Origin: Setoptus koraiensis
Taxonomy: Eukaryota; Animalia; Arthropoda
DNA: 64,000 nt
NCBI GenBank assembly: GCA_048013815.1
Contig: CM106585.1
Coordinates: 18,786,001 to 18,850,000 of the forward strand
Reading direction: 5' to 3'
Shown here in pieces: positions 61,789-64,000 of the stretch. Position numbers and translations under genes: made by a program. Under the pieces are notes generated by a model. The model searched no databases. It was not told the DNA's origin and saw nothing but the letters and a program-made list of their open reading frames with translations. How positions within the stretch are numbered: the first letter of the stretch is position 1; each line of letters opens with the position of its first letter.

Positions 61789-62242
61789 AAGAGAGAAACT
61801 GCCACTAGGCGACGCTCGGCGAAATACGCGCAATAGTTACCGAAACTGGCAACTATTGCGCGCTCGATGGCACCGTGATCCAATTTAAAGTATGTGCATG
61901 TGACGTTGATTACAATGTACACACACACACACGCACACACGCGGGTCGTGTTACGTAACGAGCCGCTCGTGCGCTCGTCAAGAACGCGCGTCGTGCGACA
62001 TGCAAATTTCGTTGAGTGCGCTGTCAGCAGCACCCCCAACTCGTGCCACTAAAACCAAACTATAAATAAATATAACTCACTGGCCGCGCGGCACGTGGTG
62101 CTGGCGACACGATGCCCGCGGAGAGATGATCTAATTTTGATTAGCTATCGCTGCACAGCCTCTGCCACGAGCTACACTCACCTTTGGCACCTTTGCTATC
62201 TATTTTTGCCGCTTGGCGCTTGCCATTTGCCGGCGCCTCCTC

Positions 62243-62635
62243 TGGGCCATATCGCTGGGCCGCATATCGCTGGGCCGCATATCGCTGGGCCGCACATCTC
62301 CGGCAGGCGCGCCCGCACAGCCGGCCAGAGAGGTATAAATAGCGGACGTGTCTAGCCAATCATGGGCACGGGCGCGGGCGAGCGGCGAGCGCCAGCGTGA
62401 AGCGCGCACCGAGATAAATAGAGATGGAGCGGCAAGATTTGCATTTCATTTGCGCATTTATAAGTAGCCAGAGGCGACGCGCACAAAAGGCGACGACACA
62501 CAGATTAAACGGCAAAGTGGGGCCAGTTCGCGGGCCCCAATAACGCACGGCAATAACGCGCGGCAACAACGCGCGGCAACAACACGCGGCAACAACGCGC
62601 GGCAATGACGCTCGCCAATAACGCGCGGCAATAAC
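62243..62635 (+). repeat. 15-bp (GGGCCGCATATCGCT) x3-4 and 12-bp (AACGCGCGGCAA-like) x about 7 tandem arrays
   Basis: Direct reading at about 62243-62298 and 62540-62635. Confidence 0.85.
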
Positions 62636-62927
62636 GGCCCATAGCGGTATGCAAATGAGCCGCCTGGCCTGTTGAACTGGGCCCCTCGCCCTTGGTCTCT
62701 GCCTCTCGCTGTGTCTCTGTTCGGCCGCTTCTCGGAAGCGCTTTCTAGCGAGCTAATGGCCGGTTTGTGCAACACCTCCAGATTATTATCTAATTACCTA
62801 ATTACCTGGCGATGTGCGTCGCACGCTTTCGTTGCGGAGCCTCGGAGCGGCCCGCGCAAAGCCCGCACGCGAGCTGCACATGATACAACAAGCCATGTAA
62901 CGAGGCTCTAAATAGCTACACGACTCA

Positions 62928-62966
62928 TGGCCTCTATACCTCGTGACTTACGAGGTATAGAGGCCA
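62928..62966. other. Perfect inverted repeat, 17-bp stem / 5-nt loop
   Basis: TGGCCTCTATACCTCGT-gactt-ACGAGGTATAGAGGCCA. Confidence 0.95.
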
Positions 62967-64000
62967 CACGACGTGCAAAGGTTATACCCTGCACGCTGTG
63001 AAAAGGTGCCTGGAGTGGCGACCGTCCGAGCGGCATCCGGAGCGGCCCGCGCAAACTGTGCCGATCGGCACACGGGCCCCCGGTAATCTAATCAGCGTCT
63101 CTTGTGCGGGGCCACTCGGGCGCGCTACGACCTGTCACTTGTTATTGGGCGCGCCGTGCACCCCACGGGCCTCGCGGACACAGAATCCCGGAAAATCCGG
63201 GGAGACTCCACGCATTCGCTACAAGATATAAATGGAGTGTTCACTGTAGCGAGTCTATCCGTCGCCCCTCTGCCGTTGTTGTCGGCGCTGCTGCTGTTGT
63301 TGTTGTTGTCGCTGTTGTTGTTGTTGTTGTTGGCGTTGTTGTTGTTGCTGTTGTTGGCGTTGTTGTTGTCGCTGTCGCTGCATATTGTCGAGTCAAGTCG
63401 GCCCGCTCGCGCACTGTCAACAATGGCGACTCGACTCGGGCGCACAATCAATGGCTTCCGATCAATCAATGGCTGCTCGTTGTTGTCGTCAATTGATTGT
63501 TGATCGATGGCCTCAATTTAAGTGTCAAATGTTTGCGCGAGTAGCAAGGGGCCCCAAGAAGCCGTAAGAAGCGGCGCGACTTTACGACGGTCCGAAAGTT
63601 TGGCCGCGTTTCGCGCACGCACAAACACACACGCGGAACAGTCGGCTGGCCACTGGCGTTGTGCCGCTGTGCTCGCCGCCAATGTGCAATGTGGGGCCCC
63701 GTCCGGGCGACACCAGGCACAGTCCGAGCGACACAGTGCCAGTGGCGAACAGCGGCACAGAATGTCCGGCCGGCGCACGGGATGCGGAACGCATTTGCAC
63801 AGTGTATTTATTTGATCTTTTTATGGTGATTTGGGGCCGCCCGGCACAGATGATACGTATCGCACACCGAGATTAGGTGCGACACGATACCCGCGCGCCA
63901 CAGCGCCGCCGATACCCGGTGGCGCGGGCATTAACTTAATGAGCGCCATCAACGGGCAACGGGTGCAGCCGGCGGGCCGCGAGCAAGCGACCGGGCAATT

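Overview
Eukaryotic (arthropod-like) genomic DNA, not prokaryotic. Mostly intronless genes, a few short 5'-biased GT-AG introns and Asn/Ser-rich insertions suggest a compact mite genome such as an eriophyoid; this is inference. The window has two compartments. (1) About 1-21.3 kb is gene-dense: an NRF-6/OACYL-family acyltransferase, a very divergent histone H3 variant (CenH3/CENP-A-like) head-to-head with OGG1, an orphan type-I membrane protein, a 3-exon RERG/RASL11-like GTPase with a degenerate G3 box, a 2-exon secreted Gly/Tyr-rich protein missed by the ORF track, maspardin (SPG21), and a spliced delta-9 acyl-CoA desaturase. (2) About 22-64 kb is visibly more GC/CpG-rich. I could find no recognisable coding exon there; it holds (CAA/CAG)n tracts, local minisatellites, perfect hairpins, G4-capable TTTCGGG arrays, a clear excess of PAR-bZIP (RTTAYGTAAY) sites, and a 500-N assembly gap. 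The most unusual item is the H3 variant. Its roughly 200-aa tail combines an H3 K9/S10 motif, three H2A/H4-like GRGK motifs and TQES/QPT tandem repeats on a CENP-A-like fold that has no loop-1 extension. All family calls come from recalled motif comparison; no searches were run.
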